Source: an uncultured Gammaproteobacteria bacterium
GTDB taxonomy: Bacteria > Patescibacteriota > Patescibacteriia > UBA9934 > CAZDDW01
NCBI GenBank assembly: GCA_964504365.1
Contig: CAZDDW010000005.1
Span: 1,630-65,629 of the forward strand
Direction of reading: 5' to 3'
DNA length: 64,000 nucleotides
In this document: piece by piece, positions 45,895-56,435 of the stretch
Position numbering within the stretch: position 1 is the first letter of the stretch
Layout of the letters: each line of letters begins with the position of its first letter
The notes under the pieces: model-generated
Databases searched by the model: none
What the model saw: the letters and a program-made list of their open reading frames with translations, nothing else
What the model was told of the DNA's origin: nothing
Program-made: the position numbers and the translations under genes

Positions 45895-47000
45895 ATTTTT
45901 TCGAACAACGTGACTAATTCTACATGTGGAGTGTGGGGAAATAAATCCAGTGCCTGCATCTTGCTGATCTTGTAGTGTCGAGTCAAGGCAGGTAGTTCTT
46001 TGGCAAAACGCTCGTAGTTGCATGAAATGTAAACGATTCGGTCAGGTAGGGCAGAGCGAAGCGTGTCAAGCACCTTGTAATGTGTGCCAGAGCGTGGTGG
46101 GTCTACAATAACCACATTTGGTTTTATTCCAGCCCAATCGAATTTTTCTGCCTCAGATACATGATACTCCACGTTGGCGATATTGTTTAGCTCTGCATTG
46201 GTCCTGGCGTTCTCGATTCCTGATGGATCCAGTTCGATTCCAACGGTTCGTTTACAGTCGTTAGCAAAAGCAACAGAGAAAAAACCAGAGCCGCAGAATA
46301 GATCAAGTAGGGTTTTGTCTTTGAGGTCGCCACAGAATTCTTTGACAGTGTCCTGGAGCTTAGCTGCCATGACTGAGTTTGTTTGAAAGAATGAGTTTGG
46401 GTGAATGCGGTACCGGTAACCATTGATGGTCTCTTCAAGCCAAGGGTTTCCGTGTACAGGAATAATTGTTCCAGCACGTGATACATCGGATTTTTCATTG
46501 TTAATCCCGAGCACGATCGAAGTGCATAGGTCTGATAAAACATTTCGTAAGCTATCGACATGTTTATCATCAAGTCCTTGTGAAGTAATAATCATGACCA
46601 TGCGTTCGTTGGTGTTCTTGCCTTCGCGAATCACACAATGACGAAGCATGCCCTTGCCTTTGCGTTGATCCCAGCCGGAAAGGCCTGAGTCCTTAGCCCA
46701 AGATCGTATGTGTTGCATTACCTCGCTGGCCTGTTCAGATAACAGATAACACTGATCTAAATCAACCACCTGATCCCAGTGCCCGGTTTCTTTGAGACCA
46801 AACTCGCCATTAGGACCAAAAGCAAAATCCATGCGATTGCGATAATAAAAAAGTTCCGGACAAGGAATTACCTCGATATCGGATTCTAGGGTTTGATTTA
46901 TTTTTTGTTTTTTCTGCTCCAGCTGCGCAGCATACTCCAGGTCAAACCAAGGGCATCCACCACACTTGCCAGCAAACAGGCATTTGTCTTTCATCTTCAT
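45891..47000 (-). CDS. 23S rRNA (uracil-5)-methyltransferase RlmD/RumA-like
   Basis: N-terminal Cys cluster CLFAGKCGGCPW; class I SAM MTase motifs DLFCGSGFFS, IVDPPRSG. Confidence 0.75.
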   Translation of the reverse strand: MKMKDKCLFAGKCGGCPWFDLEYAAQLEQKKQKINQTLESDIEVIPCPELFYYRNRMDFAFGPNGEFGLKETGHWDQVVDLDQCYLLSEQASEVMQHIRSWAKDSGLSGWDQRKGKGMLRHCVIREGKNTNERMVMIITSQGLDDKHVDSLRNVLSDLCTSIVLGINNEKSDVSRAGTIIPVHGNPWLEETINGYRYRIHPNSFFQTNSVMAAKLQDTVKEFCGDLKDKTLLDLFCGSGFFSVAFANDCKRTVGIELDPSGIENARTNAELNNIANVEYHVSEAEKFDWAGIKPNVVIVDPPRSGTHYKVLDTLRSALPDRIVYISCNYERFAKELPALTRHYKISKMQALDLFPHTPHVELVTLFEKI

Positions 47001-47051
47001 AACGTGGCTTAATATAACAAAAAAGACCCTGCTTGAACAGGGTCTGAGTGG

Positions 47052-47582
47052 TTACTGGCCGAGACAGGTCAGGTAGACCGATCGTTCGGCTGCCAGGATC
47101 GGGTCGTCGATCTGCATCTCATGTGGACAGGCTTCTACTTGGCTGACCTCGGTTTGACACTGGTGTTCTACTTCGGGCAGGGTCAGGTGAGCACCAGCGT
47201 GAACCAGACTGGCCGCGATCCGGCAGAGCTCTTGTTGTTGTCCGTCATCACTGTCGAATAGCTCGACATTGACGATGATCTCGTCCGGAAATGTGTCTGG
47301 GATCGCTTCTTCACTGATTCGTTGGTCAACAGGCAGGCCGCAGGAGATGATACTCTGCTCAGCCGCGCTGATTGCCTGACTCAGTTTGAGCGAGGTCGGC
47401 TCAGGCCACTCATGCTTGAAACGCTGAGTTGCCAGGTCCTCGAGGTCCTTGGCCGTGTCCAAAGCCAGGTCCAGGCTCTGACATTGATCCGAGTCGCATT
47501 CGGCAAACCAATGCCAGTCATCGAAGACACAGCCACTGGTGCCGAGTGTGCAGACAAGTAAGATGAAAAAGATCGGACGCAT
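47052..47582 (-). CDS. hypothetical acidic Cys-containing lipoprotein (GC-rich islet)
   Basis: signal + lipobox LGTSGC; 176 aa. Confidence 0.5.
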   Translation of the reverse strand: MRPIFFILLVCTLGTSGCVFDDWHWFAECDSDQCQSLDLALDTAKDLEDLATQRFKHEWPEPTSLKLSQAISAAEQSIISCGLPVDQRISEEAIPDTFPDEIIVNVELFDSDDGQQQELCRIAASLVHAGAHLTLPEVEHQCQTEVSQVEACPHEMQIDDPILAAERSVYLTCLGQ

Positions 47583-47690
47583 GTGGTTCTCCCCTCATTT
47601 GAGTTGGTAATGCAGGAGTCTACAGGAAGCAGAAAAACTTGTCAAGTGGTTTGTGGGTAAATTTTGGTAGTTATGCTAAAATATTCAAGT

Positions 47691-48425
47691 ATGCTATCGA
47701 TTGTAATTATTACTAAAAATGAGGAGCATGATCTGCCAGATCTACTGGCTTCGATTAAGGGACAAACGTTGCGGCCGGATGAGATTATTGTTGCTGATGC
47801 TAAGTCAACTGATAAAACGCGTCAGATCGCGCGTGCTGCGGGTTGTAAAGTTGTTAATGGTGGTTTGCCAAGTCCAGGGCGTAATTTGGGAGCTAAGGCA
47901 GCGACTCAAGAATATGTTTTGTTTCTTGACGCTGATGTGCAGTTGTTGGATCCGAAGTTGCTTGAGACCTCGATGAAAGAGGTGAAGAAGCGTAAGTTGG
48001 ATTTTGCTACATATGATGTGGCCCCGCTTGATGGTGGTATTTATGATGAGTTCTCGCACTGGTTATATAACAAGTACTGTCGGTTAATCGCACCGTTACA
48101 TCAGCACGCTGCTGGGTTTTGTATTTTGGTCCGTCGGGATTTTCATGAGCGGGTTGGTGGGTTTGATGAACAGATCACGTTTTGTGAAGATCATGAGTAT
48201 GCTGTTAGGGCGAACAAGGCAGGGAAGTACGGCATTTTGTCGCCAAAGGTTCATACTTCAGTGCGCCGCTTTGATCGTGATGGACGTTTTAATATTGCGA
48301 TTAAGTATGTGTTGGCCGAACTGCACTTTTGGTTTATTGGTCCGATCTACGGGGATAAGTTCAAATATAAAATGGTGCTTTCCAAAGAAGAGCGGGAAGC
48401 CGTGCGGAATAAGAAAAAGAAGTGA
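47691..48425 (+). CDS. glycosyltransferase family 2
   Basis: LSIVIITKNEEHDL, DAD motif LFLDADV. Confidence 0.8.
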   Translation: MLSIVIITKNEEHDLPDLLASIKGQTLRPDEIIVADAKSTDKTRQIARAAGCKVVNGGLPSPGRNLGAKAATQEYVLFLDADVQLLDPKLLETSMKEVKKRKLDFATYDVAPLDGGIYDEFSHWLYNKYCRLIAPLHQHAAGFCILVRRDFHERVGGFDEQITFCEDHEYAVRANKAGKYGILSPKVHTSVRRFDRDGRFNIAIKYVLAELHFWFIGPIYGDKFKYKMVLSKEEREAVRNKKKK

Positions 48426-48849
48426 TATGGAGATTAAAATGTTTGCTGCAACCAAGGCGTTTGTCATGCACGACGGAAAGGTGCTTGTTCTGCGAGAATC
48501 AAACAAATATGAAGACGGTTCGAATTGTGGTAGTTTTGACGTGGTTGGTGGGCGAGTTGAGCCGGGTCAGCATTTTGGCGAGAGCTTGATTCGAGAAATT
48601 AAAGAAGAAACAGGTTTAGATGTTGAGATAGGACGACCGTTTTTTGTAAATGAGTGGCGACCTCAGGTCCGCGGGGAACAGTGGCATATCGTGGCCACGT
48701 TTTTTGTTTGCCACGCGAGGTCACTGAACGTTATCTTGAGCGAGGATCATGATCAGCATCTTTGGATCAATCCAGTTGAATACCATGACCATCCTTTAAT
48801 CGAAAATTTACACCCAGCCTTTGAGGCGTATTTAGATATTCACAAGTAG
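48426..48849 (+). CDS. NUDIX hydrolase
   Basis: Nudix box GGRVEPGQHFGESLIREIKEETGL. Confidence 0.9.
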
Positions 48850-48922
48850 ACTGTTGACATGAGTGATTTTTGCTGCTGTAATTAAACAAAGACCCCGCAA
48901 GTTTTTGCGGAGTTTTATTTTT

Positions 48923-49489
48923 ATGATAGACAAATCAGAAGCGATCTCAGCAACAAAAGAATATTTCTTGGATCTTCTACACATGTTCGGCGTTTTCTTA
49001 ACGTCGGGATATTCTATTCCACCACAATTTGCATGTGACCGATATGCCTATCAAAGATATTGTGAGCGTTGGGAACGAGTTGAGCGGAACCGTATTTTAT
49101 ATGATTTAAGAAAGCAGAAGCTAATGAAGTTGGAGGAGAGGGGAGATGAGGTGATTGTTGAATTAACTCAGAAAGGCAGAACTGAGGCTTTAAAACAGAA
49201 AATACTCTGCGAGAAAAAAGAATTATCAAAAGGTAATGTTTGTTTGGTTGGTTTTGATATTCCTGAATATACCAGGAAGACAAGATCGGTTTTTCGGCAG
49301 TTTTTGAAAAAGGTTGGATTTAAGCAGTTGCATCAAAGTGTTTGGTACTCTGAGTTAGATTTGGTCGTTCCTTTATGTGAGTTAATTAAGCAGTTGGATA
49401 TTGAGAAATGGGTAGTAGTGTTTAAGGCTGAGATAACCAGTTCTGATTTGTCTTTTGATCCGGCCGTACCAAAAGACCGATCGGTGTAG
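48923..49489 (+). CDS. putative regulator with N-terminal winged helix and C-terminal Cas2/VapD-like (PaaX-C-like) domain
   Basis: ILYDLRKQKLMKLEERGDEVIVELTQKG (wHTH); VCLVGFDIPEYTRKTRSVFRQFLKKVGFKQLHQSVWYSE resembles Cas2 beta1-alpha1-beta2 pattern. Confidence 0.4.
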   Translation: MIDKSEAISATKEYFLDLLHMFGVFLTSGYSIPPQFACDRYAYQRYCERWERVERNRILYDLRKQKLMKLEERGDEVIVELTQKGRTEALKQKILCEKKELSKGNVCLVGFDIPEYTRKTRSVFRQFLKKVGFKQLHQSVWYSELDLVVPLCELIKQLDIEKWVVVFKAEITSSDLSFDPAVPKDRSV

Positions 49490-49565
49490 TAATCAGGGTA
49501 AGTGCTCGTACATGTTTATAAAGCCAGATGACCTCTTTCTTGGATTATGATAAAATAAGCTTAGT

Positions 49566-50660
49566 ATGAAGTGGATTTTATCCACATGTTTGTTGTTAAT
49601 CTTATCTCCGTTGATGGTTTTAGCCTCAACGGCTGATTTGAGTATTGTGGCCAGCAGTATTACTTTTTCAGAAGAAACATTGGTTGTTGGTGATAGTGTT
49701 CGTATTTATGCACAGGTCAGAAATGTTGGTGATGTTGATGTTTCTGGATATGTTTCGTTTTATCAAGGGACTGTGCCAATTGGCGACTCTCAAGTTGTAT
49801 CAGTAAGGGCCAGTGGTCAGGCAGACGAGGTTTATGTTGATTTCATAGTTCCATCTGGTGCGTTTAATATTCTAGCTCAGATTCGTGGTACTGATCCGCA
49901 AGATGCAAATTCATCAAATGATGAAGCTGTCACGCCTTTATACACTCCGATCTATGATGATGATCAAGATGGAATAGAAAATGGGGAAGATAATTGTCCA
50001 AATGATTCAAATGCTGATCAGGCTGATTCAGACGGGGATGGTCTGGGCGATGTTTGTGATAATGATGATGACAATGATGGGGTTAGTGATTCTGAAGACG
50101 AATTTCCGTATGATCCTGAGCGCCAGACAACTGAAACCGAAACGGAAGAGGAGGTTGTGGTCGAGCCAGTGGTTGTGTCTGAGTCAGAGACCAGTGAGAC
50201 AGGAACTGATACAGAAACAGGATCAACAACTGAATCTGAACAAGAAGCTGAGACTGTGATCGATCAAGTAATCAATTTAGTCAGCGACGATGTTCCGGCT
50301 CGACGCAGTTTGCATGTCTCTCCAGAAGCAACATTTACTTATGAGCAAATGGATTGGAACACCTATCAGTTTAAGGCTCAGGTTCCAGCTGATCCAGAGT
50401 ACACTTTTGAATGGGATTTTGGTGATGGTGTGACTTCAAGCCGGAGTGAGGTTGAACACACTTTCCACGGTTATGGTGAATTCACAGTTACCTTGCGAGT
50501 AACTGATCCGGCTGGACAGATTTCACATGATGCAGCAGACGTTAGTGTTTCGTTTTTCAACTTGCACAACCGCATGGTTCAGAGCTTGATTGGGATCTTG
50601 GCGGTAATATTAGTCATTGCGGTATCAGTTCTACTACGTTCCGGACGCAGCCGACAATAA
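49566..50660 (+). CDS. cell-surface protein with thrombospondin type-3 Ca-binding repeats and PKD domain, C-terminal TM anchor
   Basis: signal peptide; DxDxDGxxDxxDNCPxxxNxDQxDxDGDGxGDxCDND repeats; WDFGDG PKD motif; C-terminal hydrophobic helix. Confidence 0.7.
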   Translation: MKWILSTCLLLILSPLMVLASTADLSIVASSITFSEETLVVGDSVRIYAQVRNVGDVDVSGYVSFYQGTVPIGDSQVVSVRASGQADEVYVDFIVPSGAFNILAQIRGTDPQDANSSNDEAVTPLYTPIYDDDQDGIENGEDNCPNDSNADQADSDGDGLGDVCDNDDDNDGVSDSEDEFPYDPERQTTETETEEEVVVEPVVVSESETSETGTDTETGSTTESEQEAETVIDQVINLVSDDVPARRSLHVSPEATFTYEQMDWNTYQFKAQVPADPEYTFEWDFGDGVTSSRSEVEHTFHGYGEFTVTLRVTDPAGQISHDAADVSVSFFNLHNRMVQSLIGILAVILVIAVSVLLRSGRSRQ

Positions 50661-50661
50661 C

Positions 50662-52281
50662 ATGCTTTTAAAATTACTTAATGGAAAATCAAAATCAATT
50701 GCCAGCGCGGCAGCAATCGTCGCGTTTATGTCTTTTGTTAGTCGTTTGGTTGGTTTGTTGCGTGACCGCACCTTGGCTGGTGAATTTGGGGCAGGAGATG
50801 TGCTGGATGTTTACTACGCTGCTTTCCGTGTACCGGATTTGACATTCACTTTATTAGTCACTGGCGCTTTATCCGCCAGTTTTATTCCGTTATTTAGTAA
50901 ACGACTGCTCAGCGTTAGTCGTCGTCGCACTGCTTGGCGTTTGACCAATAGTATTTTGAACATTCTTGGAGTGGTATTTTTGATTATCGCTATCTTGGGT
51001 ATTATTTTTGCCGACCCTCTGGCTGGGTTAATTGCACCAGGATTTAACGAATATAAGCAGGGAATAGTTGCTTCGTTCATGCGAGTGATGTTTATTTCAA
51101 ACTTCTTGCTTGGTTTGTCCACAGTGTTCGGAAGCGCGTTACAAGGCTTAAAGCGTTTCTTTTTGTTCTCTCTCGCACCAGTGCTATATAACATAGGAAT
51201 CATTATAGGAGTTGTTTTCTTTGTGGATTGGTTTGGTACGATTGGCTTGGCCTGGGGAGTTGTTCTTGGTGCATTCTTACATCTGCTGACCCAACTTTAC
51301 GGTGTGATGCAATCGGGCTATCGGTACAAGTGGTTGTTTGATTGGCATGATCCAGATACCAAGGCAGTTGGTAAATTAATGCTTCCGCGTGCGCTTGGAC
51401 TCGGTATCTGGCAGATCAACTTCATTATCATGACCATTATTGCGTCGACTTTGGCTGCTGGATCTGTTGCTGTGTTCCAGTTTGCGTTTAATCTCGAATA
51501 TTTTGCCATTGGCATCTTTGGAATTTCTTTTGCTATCGCTGCTTTCCCATCACTTTCTGAATATGCCCAGGCGCACAAAACCGAAAAATTCATTGAAACA
51601 TTTTCTAACACTGCTCGGCAGATGTTGTTTTTTATCATTCCAGCCTCGTTGTTGTTTTTGATTTTACGTGCACAGATCGTTCGTGTGGTTCTTGGTGCTG
51701 GTGTGTTTAGTTGGGCGGATACGATTCTGACTGCTGATGTTTTGGCTTTTTTTGCTTTGAGCTTTTTTGCACAAGCCTTGATCTTCCTGCTCGTGCGCGG
51801 TTACTTTGCATATCAGGACACAGTTACGCCGTTGTACACTGGAATCATTAGCGCGATCATAAATATTTTTGCCGCGCTGTACTTCACAAAAGAGTTCGGG
51901 GTCGTCGGTCTTGGTATTGCTTATTCGATCTGGGCAGTTATGAACATGGCCATGCTTTGGATCCCGTTACGTAATCGTGTTGGGCATTTAGACGAAGTTC
52001 GTATCTTGCGCTCGTTGTTTATCATGACCACGGCTGGCTTATTTGCTGGAGTGGTTATGCAGATCATGAAGAGTGTGGTTGTCCAGTTTATTGCCTTAGA
52101 AACTTTCTGGGGCGTGTTAGCCCAAGGTCTGATCGCCGGAGGATGCGGTCTTTTAGTCTATCTTGGAATTTCCTGGCTCTTCCGTAGTCCGGAATTAAAG
52201 TCTCTAATCGCTGGCCTGCGCGTTCGGCTTCTCAAAAAAGCCAAGACCGAAGAAACCATCTCCGAAGCCACAGGAGTATAA
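50662..52281 (+). CDS. murJ: lipid II flippase MurJ/MviN
   Basis: ~14 TM; N-terminal SRxxGxxRD motif (FMSFVSRLVGLLRDRTLA). Confidence 0.85.
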   Translation: MLLKLLNGKSKSIASAAAIVAFMSFVSRLVGLLRDRTLAGEFGAGDVLDVYYAAFRVPDLTFTLLVTGALSASFIPLFSKRLLSVSRRRTAWRLTNSILNILGVVFLIIAILGIIFADPLAGLIAPGFNEYKQGIVASFMRVMFISNFLLGLSTVFGSALQGLKRFFLFSLAPVLYNIGIIIGVVFFVDWFGTIGLAWGVVLGAFLHLLTQLYGVMQSGYRYKWLFDWHDPDTKAVGKLMLPRALGLGIWQINFIIMTIIASTLAAGSVAVFQFAFNLEYFAIGIFGISFAIAAFPSLSEYAQAHKTEKFIETFSNTARQMLFFIIPASLLFLILRAQIVRVVLGAGVFSWADTILTADVLAFFALSFFAQALIFLLVRGYFAYQDTVTPLYTGIISAIINIFAALYFTKEFGVVGLGIAYSIWAVMNMAMLWIPLRNRVGHLDEVRILRSLFIMTTAGLFAGVVMQIMKSVVVQFIALETFWGVLAQGLIAGGCGLLVYLGISWLFRSPELKSLIAGLRVRLLKKAKTEETISEATGV

Positions 52282-52304
52282 TAGAAATAAAAAAGGACCG
52301 AACG

Positions 52305-52685
52305 TCAGACGTCGGTCTTTTGAGTTTTTGATACTGCTCTACACAACATCATAAAGCAGAATAGGAGAAACATGCTTCCGAGCATAACCTGAAAAGCGGG
52401 TCTCACCAGCATGTGTTTTGGGATCAGGATTGTTGGTGGTAAATAAATGATGCACAGACCAATCAGCCAGTCACGAGACATTTTCGCATACGCTCGTGAC
52501 ATAATACGAATACCGTTGAAAATTGTTGGTACAGTGGTAAAAAACTCTTTAAACATCTTGATGTGGCGATAAAAGCTCAGGATAATTAAAATGATCACTG
52601 TGGTATCCCAGATCGCCTGAGCATGGTCTCTCCAGTGCATGTACATCTGAATGGCCCGAGTTTCATACACGAGTTCGCCGAACAT
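52305..52685 (-). CDS. hypothetical small membrane protein
   Basis: 126 aa, 3 TM. Confidence 0.45.
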   Translation of the reverse strand: MFGELVYETRAIQMYMHWRDHAQAIWDTTVIILIILSFYRHIKMFKEFFTTVPTIFNGIRIMSRAYAKMSRDWLIGLCIIYLPPTILIPKHMLVRPAFQVMLGSMFLLFCFMMLCRAVSKTQKTDV

Positions 52686-52781
52686 GGTCCTCCTTTGTTA
52701 AGGTTGTAAGGGCCGCATAAGAAAGTTATCAAGAATTTAGGCTTAAGTCAATTTGTTCTTTTTGCGTAAACCAGCTATACT

Positions 52782-54530
52782 TTGTGCATGACTGTTGACG
52801 AGTTAAGGCAGAAATATCTGGAGTTTTTTAAGCAGAAGGGACATAAGGTGATCCCTTCGGCTTCTTTGGTTCCAGAGAATGATCCGTCAACCTTGTTTAT
52901 CACTGCTGGCATGCAGCCGTTAGTGCCTTATTTGATGGGAGAAAAGCATCCACAAGGCAATCGGTTGGTGAATTATCAGAAATGTGTGCGAACTGGAGAC
53001 ATTGATGAGATTGGTGACAGTACTCACGTAACGTTTTTTGAAATGTTGGGTAATTGGTCGCTTGGAGACTATTTTAAGGATGATTCGATTCAAATGAGTT
53101 ATGATTTTCTGACGCAGAAAGAATGGCTTGGGATTGATCCGAGTAAATTGGCCGTGAGTGTATTCGCTGGAGATGCTAACGCAGAGTTCGATCAAGAGGC
53201 TTACGACAAGTGGCTTGCTCTTGGAATTTCTGAAGCACGAATTGCAAAATTAGATAAAGAAGAGAACTGGTGGCCAGCTGGTGGAAAGAATCCAGGACCG
53301 CAGGGGCCAGACACGGAAATCTTTTATTGGACTGGTAAGGATGAGGCGCCAGCAGAGTTTGATCCTGATAACGAGACTTGGGTTGAGATTTGGAATAACG
53401 TTTTCATGCAGTTTAATCGAGACGAAGCTGGAAAACTATCGCCGCTTGAAAAAAAGAATGTTGATACAGGAATGGGTCTTGAGCGAACGATCGTTGCTTT
53501 AAATGGGCTAGACAATATTTACGAGACAGAAACCATGAAGCCGATTGTGGAAAAGGTTCTGGGGTTGTCTAAGAACGAATCTGAGCTTTCTGTGCGGGTG
53601 ATTGCGGATCATGTTCGAGCTGCAGTAATGATTATGGGAGATGACAGGGGGATTGCTCCAAGTAACGTGGATCAGGGCTATGTTGTGCGCAAATTGCTGC
53701 GTCGAGCAATTCGCCATGGAAAGACTTTGGGGATTGAAGATGATTTTTGTAAGACCATTGCCGAGGTGGTGATTAATTTGTTTAAGGATACTTATGCTGA
53801 GGTTGGTAAGAATCAGAAGTTTATCTTGTCTGAGATTGATAAGGAAGAAGCTAAGTTCCGAGCTACGTTGTCACAGGGATTAAAAGAGATGAAGAAGTTC
53901 GGCAAGAAGATGTCAGCCAAAGACGCATTTTATCTGTACCAATCATTTGGTTTCCCGCTTGAGCTTATCAACGAAGAGCTGGCTGAGCATGAAATTGAAA
54001 TCAACGAGGACGAGTTCAATAAAGAATATGAAGAGCACAAGAAATTGTCTCGTGCTGGGTCTGAGCAAAAATTCAAAGGCGGGTTGGCTGATCAAAGTGA
54101 AAAGACAACACAGCACCACACAGCTGCACACCTGATGCTTGAAGCATTGCGTCGTGTGTTGGGAGACCATGTGCAACAAAAGGGAAGTAACATTACGGAA
54201 AAACGAATTCGTTTTGATTTTTCACATTCAGAGAAGTTAACTGATGAACAAAAGGAAGAAGTTGAGAAGCTGGTCAACGAAGCAATCACAGCAGATCACA
54301 AAGTGACCTGTGAAGAAATGACCGTGGACGAGGCCAAAAAACTCGGTGCCACAGGTGTATTTGATGACCGATATGGTGAAAAAGTTAAGGTTTATACGAT
54401 TGGTGATTTCAGTAAAGAAATCTGTGGAGGCCCTCATGTTGAGAAAATTGGTGGGCTAGGACACTTTAGGATTACCAAGCAACAAGCGTCATCAGCAGGA
54501 GTTCGGAGGATAAAAGCAGTTTTAGAATAA
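52782..54530 (+). CDS. alaS: alanine--tRNA ligase, short form lacking C-terminal C-Ala domain
   Basis: class II AlaRS N-terminus FITAGMQPLVPY; editing-domain HTAAHLML (HxxxH); 582 aa. Confidence 0.85.
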   Translation: MCMTVDELRQKYLEFFKQKGHKVIPSASLVPENDPSTLFITAGMQPLVPYLMGEKHPQGNRLVNYQKCVRTGDIDEIGDSTHVTFFEMLGNWSLGDYFKDDSIQMSYDFLTQKEWLGIDPSKLAVSVFAGDANAEFDQEAYDKWLALGISEARIAKLDKEENWWPAGGKNPGPQGPDTEIFYWTGKDEAPAEFDPDNETWVEIWNNVFMQFNRDEAGKLSPLEKKNVDTGMGLERTIVALNGLDNIYETETMKPIVEKVLGLSKNESELSVRVIADHVRAAVMIMGDDRGIAPSNVDQGYVVRKLLRRAIRHGKTLGIEDDFCKTIAEVVINLFKDTYAEVGKNQKFILSEIDKEEAKFRATLSQGLKEMKKFGKKMSAKDAFYLYQSFGFPLELINEELAEHEIEINEDEFNKEYEEHKKLSRAGSEQKFKGGLADQSEKTTQHHTAAHLMLEALRRVLGDHVQQKGSNITEKRIRFDFSHSEKLTDEQKEEVEKLVNEAITADHKVTCEEMTVDEAKKLGATGVFDDRYGEKVKVYTIGDFSKEICGGPHVEKIGGLGHFRITKQQASSAGVRRIKAVLE

Positions 54531-54573
54531 TAGGCTTAAATAAGCCACAAAAATTAGTTATCCATAATAAACT

Positions 54574-54659
54574 TGACAAGAATTTGAAATAAGCATAAAA
54601 TAGGCGCGCTCTGCATTATCCACAAAGGGCTTGCCAAATTTTCGCTTATTTGATAGAAT
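54574..54659 (+). promoter_or_regulatory. tandem promoters for infA-ribosomal protein operon (TTGACA-16-TAAAAT and TTGCCA-17-TAGAAT)
   Basis: read directly from sequence. Confidence 0.5.
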
Positions 54660-54671
54660 TCTGGCACATTT

Positions 54672-54896
54672 ATGCCTGATAAAGGAACTAAGGAATTTAT
54701 TGAAGCGCGGGGCACTGTGGAAGAACTTCTTCCATCAACTACTTTCAAGGTTCGACTTGAGAACGATCAAGTCATCACAGCTCATCTATCTGGGAGGATG
54801 CGGAAATTCCGCATTCGAATTAGTGTTGGTGATGAGATAAAAGTAGAGATGTCTCCGTACGACCTAACAAAGGGTCGAATAACTTATAGGTTTTAA
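54672..54896 (+). CDS. infA: translation initiation factor IF-1
   Basis: 74 aa S1-like; [32 protein letters not shown]. Confidence 0.95.
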   Translation: MPDKGTKEFIEARGTVEELLPSTTFKVRLENDQVITAHLSGRMRKFRIRISVGDEIKVEMSPYDLTKGRITYRF

Positions 54897-54911
54897 TAAC
54901 AAACACGACGT

Positions 54912-55025
54912 GTGAAAGTTCGAGCTTCGGTGAAGAAAATTTGTCGAGACTGTAAAGTCATCCGCCGGAAAGGGCGGGTCGTTGTTGTTTGTAAGAACCC
55001 ACGTCATAAACAACGTCAAGGATAA
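54912..55025 (+). CDS. rpmJ: 50S ribosomal protein L36 (GTG start)
   Basis: [37 protein letters not shown]; not in ORF track because <60 aa. Confidence 0.85.
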   Translation: MKVRASVKKICRDCKVIRRKGRVVVVCKNPRHKQRQG

Positions 55026-55027
55026 TT

Positions 55028-55414
55028 ATGGCCCGAATTGCTGGTGTTACACTTCCAAATGACAAGCGTATCGTGATTGCCCTCACGTATATTTATGGTA
55101 TTGGCAACAGTCGTTCGAAAAAGATTTTGAAAACTGCTTCTGTTGATGAGAATATTCGTACTAAAGATTTGGATGATGCTCAGGTTAAGGCGATTAGTAG
55201 CCAGATTGGTGAAGAATATCGAGTAGAAGGTGAGTTGCGACGTGAGGTTTTGGGAAACATTAAGCGTTTGAAAGAAATTGGATGTTATCGTGGCGACCGA
55301 CACAGTAAGAATCTTCCTGTTCGTGGACAACGCACAAAGACTAACTCACGCACAAAGCGTGGTAATGTTCGTAAGACCATGGGAAGTGGTCGTCGAGCCC
55401 TGACTAAGACATAA
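55028..55414 (+). CDS. rpsM: 30S ribosomal protein S13
   Basis: [26 protein letters not shown]. Confidence 0.95.
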   Translation: MARIAGVTLPNDKRIVIALTYIYGIGNSRSKKILKTASVDENIRTKDLDDAQVKAISSQIGEEYRVEGELRREVLGNIKRLKEIGCYRGDRHSKNLPVRGQRTKTNSRTKRGNVRKTMGSGRRALTKT

Positions 55415-55415
55415 T

Positions 55416-55811
55416 ATGGCAGCAAGTAAGCAAAAAGTTTCTCGAAAGAAAAAAGCAGTACGTCACGTCTCACAAGGGCGAGCATATATTCAAGCTACAT
55501 ATAACAACACAATTGTTACTTTAACCGATTTGAACGGAAATACTTTGGCCTGGGCAAGCGCAGGTCATTGTGGTTTTAAAGGACCAAAAAAAGCTACTCC
55601 ATATGCAGCTAGTGTGATTGTTAAGAAAGTTGCTGAGAAAGTTGCTGAAACTGGTTTACGAGAAGTTGCTGTATTTGTTAAAGGTGTTGGCTCTGGGCGT
55701 GACTCAGCTATACGCGCGCTTAATGCTAACGGTTTTAATATCACTGGAATTAAGGATCAAACTCCGATTCCACATAATGGTTGTCGTCCACCTGGACCAC
55801 GTCGAGTATAA
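55416..55811 (+). CDS. rpsK: 30S ribosomal protein S11
   Basis: 131 aa; conserved S11 core. Confidence 0.95.
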   Translation: MAASKQKVSRKKKAVRHVSQGRAYIQATYNNTIVTLTDLNGNTLAWASAGHCGFKGPKKATPYAASVIVKKVAEKVAETGLREVAVFVKGVGSGRDSAIRALNANGFNITGIKDQTPIPHNGCRPPGPRRV

Positions 55812-55814
55812 AAT

Positions 55815-56426
55815 ATGGGAAAGACTTTGAAGCCAACTTGTAAGATGTGTCGACGCGAAGGCGTTTCACTTTGTGGTAAAGAACGTTGTGCAGTAAAACG
55901 ACGTAATTATCCACCAGGAGCACATGGTCAAGGACGTCGTCCACGTTTAACTGCTTATGGAGTTCAGTTGCGTGAAAAGCAGAAAGCAAAGCGTTTTTAC
56001 AATGTCATGGAAAAGCAGTTTAGTAACTACTTTAAGAAAGCCTCAAAGTCTAAAGGGAATACAGGAGAGGTTTTGGTGCGTTTGCTTGAGGAGCGTTTAG
56101 ATAACGTAATTTATCGACTAGGTTTTGCTAAGACTCGTCGCCAGGCTCGTCAGATGGTTAATCACGGATTTTTCCAGATCAATGGAAAGAAAGTCGATAT
56201 CCCTTCTTATCAGGTCAAGGTAGGTGATGAGATTACTATCAAAGATTCCAAGACAGAGAAAGGTATCTTTCATGAGTTGGATAACCGTTTGAACAAACAG
56301 GAAACACCAGGCTGGTTGTATATTGATGCTGGTAGTAAAACAGGAAAGGTTACTTCTCACCCAGAAGACAATGATTTAAAACAAATTTTTGACCCAAAGC
56401 TTATCGTTGAGTTTTATTCACGATAA
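55815..56426 (+). CDS. rpsD: 30S ribosomal protein S4
   Basis: 203 aa; N-terminal Zn ribbon CKMCRREGVSLCGKERC; S4 domain. Confidence 0.95.
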   Translation: MGKTLKPTCKMCRREGVSLCGKERCAVKRRNYPPGAHGQGRRPRLTAYGVQLREKQKAKRFYNVMEKQFSNYFKKASKSKGNTGEVLVRLLEERLDNVIYRLGFAKTRRQARQMVNHGFFQINGKKVDIPSYQVKVGDEITIKDSKTEKGIFHELDNRLNKQETPGWLYIDAGSKTGKVTSHPEDNDLKQIFDPKLIVEFYSR

Positions 56427-56435
56427 CCCATAACT

